The position numbers and the translations under genes were made by a program. A DNA stretch of 64,000 nucleotides from Octopus sinensis (Eukaryota). Below are positions 24,384 through 38,300 of the stretch, one piece after another; positions within the stretch are counted from its first letter, which is position 1, and the number at the start of each line of letters is the position of its first letter. The stretch is taken from assembly GCF_006345805.1 (NCBI RefSeq), contig NC_042997.1:113832001-113896000 (forward strand), given 5' to 3'. The notes beneath the pieces were generated by a model. The model did not search any database. It saw only the letters and a program-made list of their open reading frames with translations, and was not told the origin of the DNA.

Positions 24384-27300
24384 CTGAAACGAAAACATAT
24401 TACAATAAATTTTTTTTAAACAAAAATTTTTTTTTTTTCAAACTACAAATCAATATATTGTATTTTACCTAAAAATATAAAATATATTTGCACAATGGCA
24501 TTTATTTTTATAACAGGGGATGCTGTTTTACATTTTCATGTATTTAATACTAGGATTTTAGGTAAATATGGACATTGTGCCGGTGGCATGTGTAAAAAGA
24601 TTCGAGTGAGGTCGTTGCCAGTACCGCCTGACTGGCCCCCGTGCCAGTGGCACGTAAAAAGCACCCACTACACCCTCAGAGTGGTTGGCGTTAGGAAGGG
24701 CATCCAGCTGTAGAAACTCTGCCGGATCAAGATTGGAGCCTGGTGCAGCCATCTGGTTCACCAGTCCTCAGTCAAAATCGTCCAACCCATGCTAGCATGG
24801 AAAGCAGATGTTAAACGATGATGATGATGATGATTTACACTCCGTCAGACACTGTTCTAATGCAAGCAATAATAAAAAAGATGGGACAACTATTTTTGGT
24901 CAGACAGAAGAAAGAAGTTTAATGGATATAGTACAGCTTGGATTAAGATTAAGTGATTAGTAGCTCAGGCAGTTTGATTTCAAAAGCTAATATAATATCC
25001 ATTCAAGAATACAGATTAAATCTACATCCCTGATTAAAAAGGAGCCTTCTCATCATTATCATTACCAATTAATGTCTGTTTTCCATGATGGCATGGCTTG
25101 GAGAGTCTGAGAGGATCTGGCAAGTCAAAGAGTTGTATTGTGCTCCAATGTTTGTTTCAGCAAGGTTTCTACAGCTGGATGCCCTCCTAGCACTCAACCA
25201 CTTTACACTGTGTACTGGGATGCCCTTTTTGTGCTACCAGCATTAGTGAGGTTGCCAAGTAACTTGCAAGACAGGAAAAAGACCCCTTCAGCTAAGTGGA
25301 GGGGAAGAGTCTGAGAGAAAAAGATGTGGTTTTTATGTCAGGTATCGGGGTGGGGGAGACGTGAAAGGGGCAAGCATAAAGTGTCTTGCTATAGTGAAGA
25401 TACATAGCTATATAATTTAATCAAAATTAGATTATAAAAAAAAGGGGGGGGTTAAAGTAATTAAGAAATTATATGTGAATAATTAATAAGATGAAATACG
25501 TTTCTCTCTGCATAATCACAAAGATAACAATATAGAGATCTATCTCAAACAACACAACCAGATAATAGCAAGTTAAAAAAAAAAGGGGGGGGGACAGATG
25601 CATTGAAAGGCCACCAAATCTTGCAAAAATAAATGGAAACTATAATTGGAGGAAGACCATTTCCCAAAAAGTTTGTATCATGACTAAATTAAAGTATCTT
25701 TGAAGAAAAAGAAAAAAAATATCAGAAAGAAACTAGACATATGCAATTAAGACAACATCATCATCATCGTTTAACGTCTGCTTTCCATGCATGCATGGGT
25801 TAGACAGTTTGACTGAGGTCTGGCAAGCCAGAAGGCTGCACCAGGCTCCAATTTGATCTAGCAAGGTTTCTACAGTTGGATGGCCTTCCTAATGCCAACC
25901 ACTCTGAGAGTGTAGTGGGTGCATTTTACGTTCCACCGACACAAGGGCTAGTCAGGAAGTACTGGCATCACTGGCAATCACCACACTCAAATGGTGCTTT
26001 TTAAGTGTCACTGGCACGGGAGCAGTCAGATGGCACTGGCAACGACCATGCTTGAATAGTGCTTTTTACATGCCACCAACATGGGAGCCAGTCAGGCAAC
26101 ACTAGCAATCACCACGCTCGAATGGTGCTTTTTACATGCCACCATAAAAAGCACCATTAAATTAAAACAACCATCTAAATGTAAAAAAATTCTGTGACCG
26201 TGATTTTTGTCAGGGAGAAAATCTCTTCATACAAGTGTTAAAAGCACAATATACAGAGCAATGCAGAATGAACATCATCATGAGAACATTAGATGCATTT
26301 CACCGTTTTTGAGGCTTGTCAGTAACATGTACTAACTTATCACATACCTAAACAAAACTTGTAACTTTCTGGAGTGTATATACATTTAGTACGAAAAATA
26401 TGTGACTATTTTAATTTAATGTTTCAATTGTGTTCACTGAGGTTTTCTACATCCTGGTTAGCTCCAGTAAACATTTTATTCACTGTTTCTTACATATTGA
26501 GGAATGAATTTCATTTGGGCAGGTGACAAAAAGGTACATGTTATTGACTAGCCTCAAGGAAAATGAAAGGTTCCCATGAGTCACTGGTGCAATGATGTCC
26601 ATTTCATTTCAATATATATGGATGTTTTTAACACAATCTATGAAAGGATTTTCTCTCAGGTAAAAACCATAGCATCATGCCTTTCAACAGAGTAACTATT
26701 TTTAGGTGAGCAACAGTCCCACTGATATACATTGTATTTTTAAACACAGTACATCTATTAGAGATTTTATTTTAGGCGAAAACTGCACTAACTTGCCTGT
26801 CAATGGTGTATATATGATTTTAAATATGATAAACAGATAGCTATTTCAGTTTAATACTCGTATACACCAGATTATCTATTCATTGTCTTCTGTATCAGAG
26901 GTGACAAATCTCACTAGGTATGTGGCTGGCTGCAAGTAGACATCATTGACAAGGCCAAACAAAGCCAAAATGCATCTGGTGTTCTCATTAGCTGTGCCAG
27001 GAAGATTGTTTTTTTGTCTCATTCTGCTATATATTGCCTTTTTAAACATAGCATATCCATAAGAGATTTTATCTTGGATGACAACCCACAGCAACTTGCC
27101 TCTCAGCAGTGAATATATATTAAGTACACAGATGGCTATGTTAAAATAAGTGGAGTATTTTTAAAACTAACTGCAATATATACCAGTAGCTTCTTTTTGT
27201 TGATCTCCAGTGCAAGTCAGAAAGACTGAGCACTGCAATTTTACACAAAATGAAATGAAGAAAAATCAGATTTTTTTTATCAAACAGCAAAAGCTAAATT

Positions 27301-30300
27301 TGCTTAGAGAACCATCATCATCATCGTTTAACATCTACTTATTGCCCAACGATTGAAGGGTACTCTTAAATGGGCCAGTTATGCGACACTGGCCTAGACC
27401 ATGGCTACGGTCTCACTTGGCTAGCTGGGTCTTCTCAAGCACAGCATATCTCCAACCAAAATAACAAAAGAGCTAGAAAGTGTTTCAATAATTTGTAAAA
27501 TTATCATCCTTTTACATCCATTTACCCATGCTGGTATAGGTTAGAAGATTCAACAAATAGGGGAACAACATCTTACTCAAATGTTTGATTTGACATAGTT
27601 TCTACAGCTGAATGTCCTTTCAAATAACAACTACTTTACAAAGTGTACAAGGCACCTTTTTTTCCATGACACCAGTACTATAGAGGTTGTATTATCCTCA
27701 GCATGGCTAAAGAGCCCTCTAAAGTCCTGCATTGTTGCTGCTCAATCAATTTAGAAACCACTTACAGTGTACAAGGTGCATTTTGTCATGGCACCAACAC
27801 GTGTAGGGTTACCTTCATCATCATCATCATCATCATTTAATGTTCACTTTCCATGCTAGCATGGGTTGAACGATTTGACTGAGGTCTGGCAAACCAGACT
27901 CCAATCTGATCTGGCAGAGTTTCTACAGCTGGATGCCATTCCTAACGCCAACCACTCCGAGAGTGTAGTGGGTGCTTTTACGTGTCACAGGCATGAGGGC
28001 CAGTTTGGTGCAACTGGCAAAAGCCACACCCAAATGGCGCTTTTTATGTGCCACCTGCACAGGAGCCAGTCCAGCACACTGTCGACGACCTCGCTCGAAT
28101 ATTTCACATGCTACCAGCACAAGTGCTAGTAAGGCGACGCGGTAATGATCACGCTTGAATGGTGTGTTTAATGTGCCATCGGCATGAAGACCAGCTTGTT
28201 GCTCTGGCAATGATCTCACTTGTATGGTACTCTTAGCGCTCCACTAGCAATGGATGCCAGTCACCTAGTTTGATTTCAACTTCACTTGCCTCAACCGGTC
28301 TTCGCAAGCAGAGTTTAGTGTCCAATGAAGAAAAGGCATGCATAAGTGGGCTGGTTACACCCCTGGCATAGGCCACTAGGTTATGGTCACACTTGTGCTT
28401 GCCGAGTCTTCTGAAGCACACCATATTTCCAGAGGTCCCGGTCACTAGTCACTGCCTCAGTGAGGCCCAAGTGCAAAACAACACCTATGACTAAAAGAAC
28501 AGATGACAAATGAAACAAAGTTTTCAGAGATTAACCGGAAGAGGGTGGGTCGGGGGCAAAGTGATGGGGGTGGGTTCAGCAATGACTGCCAAAACTTACA
28601 GTTAAGACTGAGAGGGAGAGAGAGAGACTTTTAGTGATTAATGGAGAGTAGTAACAGTGAGAGATTTGCAAAGGCTGATGTGAAATAAAATAATTTATGA
28701 GCAATGGGATGGAAATTAGGAGTAACAGTTGTTAATTACAAAAAAAAAAGGATATATTTATCAAAACTTAAATATTAATTCAAAATTAAATCCAGGTAAC
28801 AGATATAAGAAAAACTTTGAATTAGGTCTGAGAAAGTTACTAGTAATTAGAAGAGCTTGTGAGTAACAAACATTTAATTCATTCCAGCAAAGAGAAACAC
28901 GGAAGTTTAATCATGTGAAAGTAATTAGAATAGTGGGTAACTGATTAAAAGGAGGTGGGGAGATAGAATTCTAAAATTTTCCTCCAGATGTGACTTTACA
29001 CATTACCTGTCTCAAGAGCCCTAACCAAGATATACAACTTCTTCATCATGGAGTAGTTAACCAGTTCCAAGAATTCATGCAAATTTTTTTAATTCAGAAA
29101 AAAAAAAAAGAAAAAAGAAAAAAATAGATACACTAAAAAGTCGGAATTAACAAATTCATACTGGCATAAGGTAATGATTAGAAAATGTTAACAATTATTT
29201 CTATATACTAATTAATAATAGCCAATCAGCAAAATAAGGAAGTGCTTAGAGCATCAAGGGCAGTGGAGGTACCACAAAAATGGTAAATGGTTTACAGCAC
29301 AAAATAAATTACTTTGAACTTGCTAAAATAATATTCAAAGTGGTTTATGTGACCAGAAATATAATTTCAGAGTGTTCGTGGTGATCAAAGATTTTGCAAT
29401 TGAAAAAAGTATATAAATAAAGAGGGAGTTTTAACCTTTTGAAGAATTTAAAATTTATTTTAAGGTTTATTATTGTTTATATTTTGAATTACATATATAT
29501 GGGGACACCAAAATCTTTTAAGTGCTTAGAGCCTCTATGGGTCTTAAATCTGGCCCAGCAGTCAATATAAATGCAGGTTTCTCCAAAGCTTTCTACATTG
29601 TAAAAAGTGAGGGGAGAGAGAGAGAGAGTAAAAGAGAGACACAGAAGGAGCTAACATAAGAGGTGTAGGATGAGTAGAAAGAACCCTAAGGATAAGAGAG
29701 GAGGAGAGGGAATAAATGACAGTAGTTATACAAAAGAGAAATTTATTTTAAGACAATTCCAGATATGTTTCTGTCTTATTAGATCTCCTTAGCAGAACAG
29801 AGATTTCACCATATTTACCAATGTAGTGAACGTCAGCTTGTGCCTGAGTATGACTTCTTAGATACAGCCATCATTTCTCAATGTGCAACAGCAATGGACA
29901 ACATTATTGCCTGAGTAACCCAGGATCAGTAACTTTCCCTGCCTATACTATACTTCTGGTCTACCCTCATTACTATGGAAACTGTGGAAGTGATGGCATT
30001 TCATCATTACAGATACACATGATAACCAAACCCCTGCAAAAATAACAACCACTTTTGAAAGGTCCATCCTCTGTTTGCTGTTGTAAGAACTTCCTGTGCA
30101 GGAATTTGTCTAAAGATTTACAATATTTAAGAATGAATATTGGGCCTCCACAGAAGCAATGACAGGAGACTGAGACCTTTGGCAATATACTGTGCTTGAG
30201 AAGACCCATCAAACCAAAGGAAATCGTAGTCATGGCATTACTAACTACATCATGGCACCTGCGCTGGTGGTACATAAAAAGCACCGCTCAAGCATTGGGC

Positions 30301-30809
30301 CTCATGGAGGCCGTGACAAGTGACCGAGACCTTTGGCAATATACCTTGTTTGAGAAGACCTGTCAAGCCAAGTGAGATCATAATTGTGGCCAATATCAGT
30401 GTTACATAACTAGCACCCATGCCATGTAAAAAGCACTAACTACACTCTCGGAGTGGTTGGAGTTAGGAAGGGCATCCAACTGTAGAAGCCATGCCAAATC
30501 AGCATGGAACCTGGTGCAGCTCCCCAGAGTACCAGTTTACAGTCAAACCATCCAACCCATGCCAACATGGAAAATGGATGTTAAATGAGGATGGTGATAA
30601 TTTTTCATTCAAAACTTATTCATTTCACCATTTTATATAAGCACCAAGAAATCTGATAAAAGTTAAACTATAATTCTTTTGTATGTATGCCATTTTCCCT
30701 GGTTATTACCCCATGGTGGCAAAAGTGTACTTCCAAAGTTCCCTGTCAAATGACGGATAACACTCTGGTTAATGTAACAAAACATAAAAATGAAATAAAC
30801 TGTACTTAC

Positions 30810-31022
30810 AGCCAGGATTGCCCAAACATTCTAACCAATATAGACTTTTTTCAACTGACTGCAAAGGTGCTACAGTAGGTGAGATTAAAGATCCGTCAAC
30901 ACCAAGAAATTGAGCCACAGCTTCATAGGTGCGCAACGGTGTACATACAACATTTACGCCACCCATTCGCCATAGCCCTGCAACAGTTCGTTCCAATCCA
31001 AGGATGTTGTTCACTTCAAAAA
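30810..31022 (-). CDS. Coding exon 3 (213 nt; VFEVNNILGLERTVAGLWRMGGVNVVCTPLRTYEAVAQFLG...LYWLECLGNPG) of the MIase-like gene
   Basis: Long pyrimidine tract + TTTCAG acceptor and GTAAGT donor. Phase 1-1, no stops. Overlaps ORF 30769..31014. Confidence 0.88.
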
Positions 31023-31139
31023 CTGAAAGGAAAAAAAAGAAAAGAAATGCAATTAAAAAGATTAAAAATGAGAAACTCTTTAAATATCATCATTCAACCA
31101 TTTGGCATCCCAATTATTCTATCACAAATTTAAGGCTTA

Positions 31140-32372
31140 CTAGCAGCATTGCCCGGGCATGTTAGAAACTTTGTCGATAAGCAATGCCCATTACCTTTTT
31201 ACCCTTTTTTGTACTCATTGAACCGTTATTTTGTAAAATGAAGCCTAAAAGGCATTAAGGCATTCAAGGCACCATTCCCTTGCATGCATGAAGAAAATCT
31301 ATGACAGTCAAAGTGCATTTTCTGGGTTTGTTAGTTGCTGGTTTGGCGGGATGTTGTAAACTCGACCCAGGCAGGAGTCAAACTTGACGCCTGGGAAGCC
31401 TTTGACGTTTTGGCCAGATTTCCGTCGAACCCAGGTGTTGTTAGACCACACGAAGTACGATGGGACCTGGGGGTACAAAAGCGTTCAAGCGAAGTCATCA
31501 CGTTGGCATAATTTGAAGAAACCGGTCAACGTTGTGTCTTTAGGTTTGGTGGCTACCTGTGCAGCAGATTGCTCTGTGAAGTAAATCCACTGTCCATTTT
31601 CCAAGTGTACAGCAAGCTGCACCACAGCCGGGTGTCTCTGATGGAGCGGGAAGCCGTAAATGTGCCAAAACGCTTCATTGCTGCTGAGGTACCGGCCTGC
31701 AACTGCATTGACAAAAGGTCATTAGTTTGACATTTAATGCAAACTTGATGTCCAACATCAGTGTATGGAAAATCTATGTGAACTTTAAAAAAATATCGCA
31801 GAAAAATCGGTTTGCTATGTGTGCAACATATGATGTAATTAATCGATTTTTTCCAGTAATAACGTATCCTATTGGAATCAAAAGGGCCATATAGCTCCTT
31901 GGAGCAGACATGATGCTCGCTGTGAATTTCAAAAAAAATTCCTGCCAATTTGTTAAAGATATTGTCGAAAATATGTCATCTTGAATTTGAACGTGATTTC
32001 CCGAAATGGCATGATTTTATCGATTTTTCTGATGGTAAGGTATTGCATGGAAAACTAACGTCAGAATTAAGTTCCTTATGGTAACATTAAGCTTCACCAT
32101 GAGTTTGGTGAAAATCGATTGCAAGTTGCGAAAACTACAACGGAAAATGTGTTGCATATAAGCTTAGATTCTCAACCCCATGTCGAATTTATTGATTTTT
32201 TTCAGAACTGGGGGAACTTTTCAAAATTTTCACTGCGTTAGTTTTGAATTATGACATTGGGCTATGTGTGTGTCAAGTTTCATCAGAATCGGTTGAAAGC
32301 CGTGGTCAGGGTGAGGGTACAACCTGACAGACACACACACAGACAAACTGCCTTTTATATATATAGAAGAGA
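31140..32372 (-). mobile_element. Helitron deletion derivative carrying a RepHel fragment
   Basis: 5' TC...TATATATAAAAG and 3' CTAG with GC palindrome, inserted at an AT site. 31697-31345 reads GRYLSSNEAFWHIYGFPLHQRHPAVVQLAVHLENGQ...TTLTGFFKLCQRDDFA*TLLYPQVP...LGRVY (Helitron Rep-region motif) with a TGA at 31485-31487. Confidence 0.9.
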
Positions 32373-33227
32373 TAGAAGAGATTTATTCACATTGTTTTGA
32401 ATTAATCACGCATCATCTTGTAGCTTTGAGATTTCGACTACATGACTAAATTTTTTAGACTAACATTGTAGGGTAGGTGTGAGAGGCTGGATCTTGTCAG
32501 CTCGAACATAAAACAGGATGACTATTTTGGCTGGGCTGGATGGTTCAACAGGATTTGATGGGTGCAAAGACTGCTTAGTGTCTGGTTTGGCATGGTTTCC
32601 ATTGCTGGATGCCCTTCCTAATGCCAACAGAGTGTACTGGGCGCTTTTTTTTCATGGCACTTATTGAAGCTGTCATGCAGCTCACAAGACAAAGGTCCCA
32701 CTTGACTGTTTTGGGGGCCATATTAGTGAGGTAAGCAGCTTTAATGCTAGGTGATGAAAGGTAAGTGTATAAAGGAAGGGGCCAGAACAGGTTTCTTGCT
32801 GGCTGTTCACATTATACAAGAGTGGACGGGAGTAATCAGCGTGGAGCATTAATATACACAGGCATGGCTTTGTGGTAACAAATTTGCACTCCAACCATAT
32901 AGTTCCAGGTTCAGTCCTACTGCATGACATAGTATCTTCCACTATGGCCTTGGACCGACCAAATCCTTAAGTGGGTTTGGCAGCTGGAATGTTCCCCATT
33001 ACTGCTTGACAACTGGTGTTGGTGTGTTTACATCCCCATAACTTAGTAGTTCATCAAAAGAGACCAATAGAATAAGTACCAGGCTTAAAAAATAAGTACT
33101 GAGGTTGATTCACTCGACTGAATGTTAAAAGATGATGAAAGACAATAAAAATATGGTAACAAAAGGGTTAATCTAGCGATTTAAAATGCAGCCAGATAAA
33201 AACACTTAAGATTATTCAAGGATTAGT

Positions 33228-34120
33228 AAGGTGGTGAGCTGGCAGAGTCGTGAGCACACTGGATGAAATGCTTAGCGTCATTTTGCTCATTGCTCTGTTC
33301 AGAATTCAAATTCTATTGAGGTCAACTTTGCTTTGCATCCTTTCAGCGGTCGATAAATTAAATACCAGTTACACACTGGGACCGATGTAATCGACTTGCC
33401 TCCTCTACCACAATTTCAGCCCCATGTTCCTACAGCAGAAAGGATCATTCAAAGATTAGTAATGCTTAATAATAATAATAATATTGGTTTCAAGTTTAGG
33501 CACAAGGCCAGTAAATTTGGGGAAGTGGCTAAGTTGATTTCTATTTCTTTATTACCCACAAGGGGCTAAACATAGAGGGGATAAACAAGGACAGACATAG
33601 GTATTAAGTCGATTACATCGACCCCAGTGTGTAACTGGTACTTAATTTATCGACCCTGAAAGGATGAAAGGCAAAGTCGACCTTGGCGGAATTTGAACTC
33701 ACAACGTAACGGCAGACGAAAAACTGCTAAGCATTTCGCCCAGCGTGCTAACGGTTCTGCCAGCTCGCTGCCTAAGTTGATTTCAATGACCCCTGCAAGG
33801 ATGAAAGGCAACGTTGACTTTGGCAGAATCTGAATTTAGAACATAAAGACAGATGAAATGCAGCAAAGTATTTTGCCCCCTATGGTAACAATTCTGCCAG
33901 CTTGACGATATTACTATTATTACTGTAAAGGCAGTGAGCTGGCAGAATTGTTAGCAGTATTTTGCCCATTGGTATGTTCTGTGTTCAAATTTTGCTGAGG
34001 TCAACTTTGTCTTTTATCCTTTCAGGGTCGATAAATTAAGTACTAGCTGAGTACTGGGGGGGTCGATGTAATCGACTGGCCCCCTCCCCAAAATTTCAGG
34101 CCTTGTGCCTAGAGTAGAAA
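33228..34120. mobile_element. Cluster of four tRNA-headed SINE family C copies (Deu/Nin-like core)
   Basis: GGCGAGCTGGCAGAA...GTTCAAATTC...GAGGTCGACTTTGCCTTTCATCCTTTCGGGGTCGATAAA core. Orientation +,-,-,+. One minus copy is nested with a 13-bp TSD CTAAGTTGATTTC (33529-33541 / 33772-33784). Other copies at ~2690-2895, 37145-37370, 45040-45200, 55965-56112 (-), 58420-58590 and 61300-61475 (+). Confidence 0.8.
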
Positions 34121-34644
34121 GGAAGGCATCCAGCTGTAGAAACTCTGCCAGATCAGATTGGAGTCTGGTGCAGCCACCTGGTTCGCCAGCACTCAGTCAA
34201 ATCGTCCAACCCATGCTAGCATGGAAAGCGGACGTTAAACGATAAATTATGATTATTATTAAACATTCGCTTAATAATAAATTTAGCACATGCCCATAAA
34301 TTGTAAAAGAAGTATGTGGGAGGGGTGGAGAGCATATAATCAGTTGAACTGACCTTGAATGGTAGTTATTTTATCAACAGCAGAGGGATAAAAAACAAAG
34401 CTGACACCACTACCCACTGCAGACAAGTTCCTGCCATTCTATATTTAGAAGATTAATAACATGCTAGTTGTAATGTGTCATCTAAATTAATTCTTTCCTT
34501 TGCAAGACTTATTTAACTGAAGTTAAAGGGAGATGCACTGAGTGCTGCACACAAAATAATTATTGAAAGGAAAAAAAATCTAATGCCGAGTCTTGGAGAC
34601 ACTAAGTAAAGGGGAGATAATTTCAAGAAATTAGAATCTCTCAA

Positions 34645-35091
34645 TCCTTTCGTTACCAACCCGGCTGAAACTGGGTCTGAGTACAAATGTCATAAAATCT
34701 TCCACCAAACCTTAATCACAATTTATGTTCCTAACACCAGCTGAATGATAACTAAATTGTTTTACTAAATTCTTTGTTATATTTAAAATTAATTGAAAGA
34801 AACACAGAGCATCTCAAAAGAAATACAGTAACGAAAGGGTTGAAATATATAATAGAGAAACAATTCTTAACCCTTTCAATACCAACCCAGCTGAAACCAG
34901 CTCTGGCTCTGTAGTATTAATGTCTTGTTTTCATAAGTTTAGAATTAAAATCTTCCACCAAACCTTAGTCACAATTTATGTTCTTAACACAAGCTTAATG
35001 ATAACGAAGTTATTTTACTAAATTCTTTGTTATATTTTAAATTAATTGAAAGAAACACAGAGCATCTCAAAATAAATACAGTAATGAAAGG
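34645..35091. mobile_element. Two tandem piggyBac-type MITEs (~200-220 bp each)
   Basis: Both carry (A/T)CCTTTCG/AATACC ... GTAA(C/T)GAAAGG TIRs like the 47.1-kb element; bodies align as direct repeats. Confidence 0.75.
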
Positions 35092-35096
35092 TTGAA

Positions 35097-35342
35097 ATCG
35101 GTGGTTCTCAATTATTTTTCACCTATTGACTTCTTTGATCTGTTTAACTCAGATGGACCCCACTGGCCATTTGATATTTAAAAATTCATATATTTTTACA
35201 ATATTATTAGGAATTATATTTAAAAAATTGTTAATATAGTGTGTACTGTAGAAGTATAACTAATTTATTTCAGACCAATTTTAAAACCAAAATCTTATAT
35301 TGACCCCACAAGGGTCATTTGGACTCTGCTTCAGAACTACTG
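35097..35342 (+). mobile_element. hAT-type MITE; a second copy at ~37755-38485 is split by an RTE fragment
   Basis: (C)GGTGGTTCTCAA...GGACCCC...AGAACTACTG termini, typical of Charlie-like MITEs. Confidence 0.6.
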
Positions 35343-38300
35343 ATTTAAATGCTTAGAAAAAAGAGAACCAGTGTTTGCAGGCAAGAGACAACTATAGACA
35401 TGTTTCAGTCAATTTGACCTCATTGGCATATATTCATTTAGAGTTTGCCTCTTTAATTAACAAAGATTTTTTTGTCTGTTCATTCGTTTCAGGTCTGTTT
35501 TTCCTTGCTTGCATTGGGTTAGGTGAATATATTATTTTGAGATATTTTTTCTACAGCCAGGTGCCCATCCTGATATTAACCCTTACCTGTTTTTCAAGTA
35601 AGAGATCACTTAATTACACTCAGCTTCAAAAGTACAAAGTACCCAAACAATTTATTGAAATGAGAAATAGACAGCAATACACTTTCATACAAACAATTGA
35701 AGATATAAACACACACGCAAATATATAAATATATATATAGTATCCTTAAACAAAAATATTATTAACAGTGACTTTGAAGTTTCTGCCAGTTAAGCCATCA
35801 TTGGACTATCAAAGCCACTATATAAAACACACACACACGTATATCATCATCATCATCGTCGTTTAACGTCAGTTTTCCATGCTTGCATGGGTTGGACAGT
35901 TCAACTGGGAAGCCAGGAGGCTGCACCAGGCTCCAGTCTAATCTAGCAGTGTTTCTATAGCTGGATGCCCTTCCTAACGCCAACCACTCCGTGAGTGTAG
36001 TATATATATATATATATATATATAAATAAAACCTTCTTTCAGTTTCCATCAACCACTGACAAGGTTAAGTCAAGTGGAACTGAACACAAAACTACGTGGT
36101 TGAGAAGTGAACTTCCCAACCACACAGTCAAGCTTGCACCTACTTATATATACATACAGGTAAAGCTCTTCTCTAGCTACTCAAGCAAACTTCAACAGAA
36201 CTATACTAAGCTGGTCTGCTTCAAAGCATGTATGGAGAGCATTTTTCTGAGAGGAGCTGAAACCTGGACTACAAACAGCTTCAAGATCACCTTAGTACCA
36301 TATTTTCTTACAAAAAAAAAAAAAAACATCTCATGGCATGAGCACAAGGGCAAAGAGGAGATTTATGGACACTCGTTTTTTATATATATATATATAAAAA
36401 TATGTGCAGGCATGGTTATGTAGTTGAAGTCCGCTTCCCAACTGCTTGGTTTAAGGTCCAATGCCTCCCTCTGCCTGGTACTTGGGTATCTTCTATCATA
36501 GCTCTGAGCCTTGTGAGTGAATTTGCTAAACAGAAACTGGAAAAAAAATATATATATATATTTAACGTCAGTTTTCTGTGCTGACAAACTGGAGGGTTAC
36601 ACTGGCTCCATTGTCTGGTTTGGCATGGTTTCTATGGCTGGACACCTTCCTAACACCAATCACTTTTCAGGGTGTACTGGATACTTTTTATGTGGCACCA
36701 GCACTGATGCTTTTTACATGGCACCATCAGCTGTAGGGTTGCCAAGTAACTTGCAAGACAAAGACCTCACACACAGAAGAGGGAGTGGAACCAAAGGAAG
36801 TGGTATTGTGCCAGGCGAGAGGTTAGAGTATGATAGAAGGATAAAGATAGGGGTCTTAATATCCCTTCCCCATGCAGGCAGGGGTCAGACAGTTTGATAG
36901 GATTCAATAAGCCAGAGAACTGCACTAAGTACTAAAGTCTACTTTGGCATGGTTTCGGTGTGTGTGCATGCTTGTGTTTACATCTTCAATTGCTTATGCA
37001 AAATTACAAAGTAGGCCTTCCAAAAATAATTAAATCTCATCAAGTTCATTGATATAAGTATAGGGAAGTACTTCTGTTTGTGGAGAAGATTCTGTTAAAT
37101 ATCATCAGTACAAATTTTCAAGTGGCCTCAGCCAAGATTCATTTCACCTATTTCTTTACTACCCACAAGGGGCTAAACACAGAGAGGACAAACAAGGACA
37201 GACAAACAGATTAAGTTGATTACATCGATCCCAATGCGTAACTGGTACTTATTTAATCGACCCCGAAAGGATGAAAGGTAAAGTCACTTTGGCAGAATTT
37301 GAACTCAGAACGTAGCGGTAGACGAAATACCACAAAGCATTTCACCCGGCGTGCTAATGATTCTACCACCGTCCCGAGCTCGTAGTCTGTGCCTCCCAAT
37401 CAGCTTTAATAGGGTTATAGAAGACAAGCAAGGTACCAAGAAGTTGGACTGAACCCTAAACTTGGTTTGGAAGCAAACTTCTCATCTACACAACCATTTT
37501 TATAAGAAAAAAGAAATTGGGCAACAAGGGTAGCGAATGGTAGAATGTGTCCAGTGTCGTGTCATGTCAGATGTCCCTGCCAATACCATAAATGTGGTTG
37601 TGTGGTGTTTGCCCTCTGTTCCCAAACATGTCTATGATCTGGTTTTCACATGATTAAAATGTAAATCAAGTTGCTGATAGCAGGGGGTTGCATGGCTTTC
37701 AAGCTTTTGGGTAAGGGGTCACGAGTGCAAAAACATGGGGAACCGCTAGTTTAGTGCAATGTTTCTCAATCATTTTTTACCTATGGACCCCTTCGATTCC
37801 CATTTTACTTTATCCCATCCCCTTGCCATTTGAGGTTTAAAAAATCCTGTTATATTTTTATAATTAAATATTAAGAATTCTATAAAAGAATTCTTAAAAT
37901 TTTGTGTATTGCAGATATATAAACAATTTATTGCAGATAAATTTTAACAACAAGTGAAATCGAAATCAAATTCGATGACTGGCATCCATGCTAGTGGAGC
38001 GCTAAGAGCATCATCCAAGCGTGATCGTTGCCAGAGCAGCTAACTGGTTTTCATGCCAGTTGCATGTAAAAAGCACCATTTGAGCGTGATCGTTACCATC
38101 ATCACCTTACTGGCACTTGTGCCGGTGGCATGTGAAAAACATCCCAGTGAGGTCGTTGCCAATGCCGCTTGACTGGCTCCTGTGCAGGTGGCACGTAAAA
38201 AACTCCATTTGAGCGTGGCTGTTGCTAGTACTGTCTGACTGGCACATAAAAGCACCCACTACACTATCGGAGATGTTGGCGTTAGGAAGGGCATCTAGCT

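Noticed and set aside
26876-27094. 72-aa minus ORF with TYLVRF, initially considered as exon 3 of the MIase-like gene
   Set aside because: No usable donor and it ends in a stop; exon 30810-31022 fits phase and motif exactly.
29770-30130. Coding-looking unique stretch in intron 3
   Set aside because: Stops in all frames on both strands; at most a very decayed LINE endonuclease fragment.
31553-31948. 131-aa ORF suggesting a Helitron-captured host gene
   Set aside because: It is an off-frame reading; the neighbouring frame is Helitron RepHel itself.
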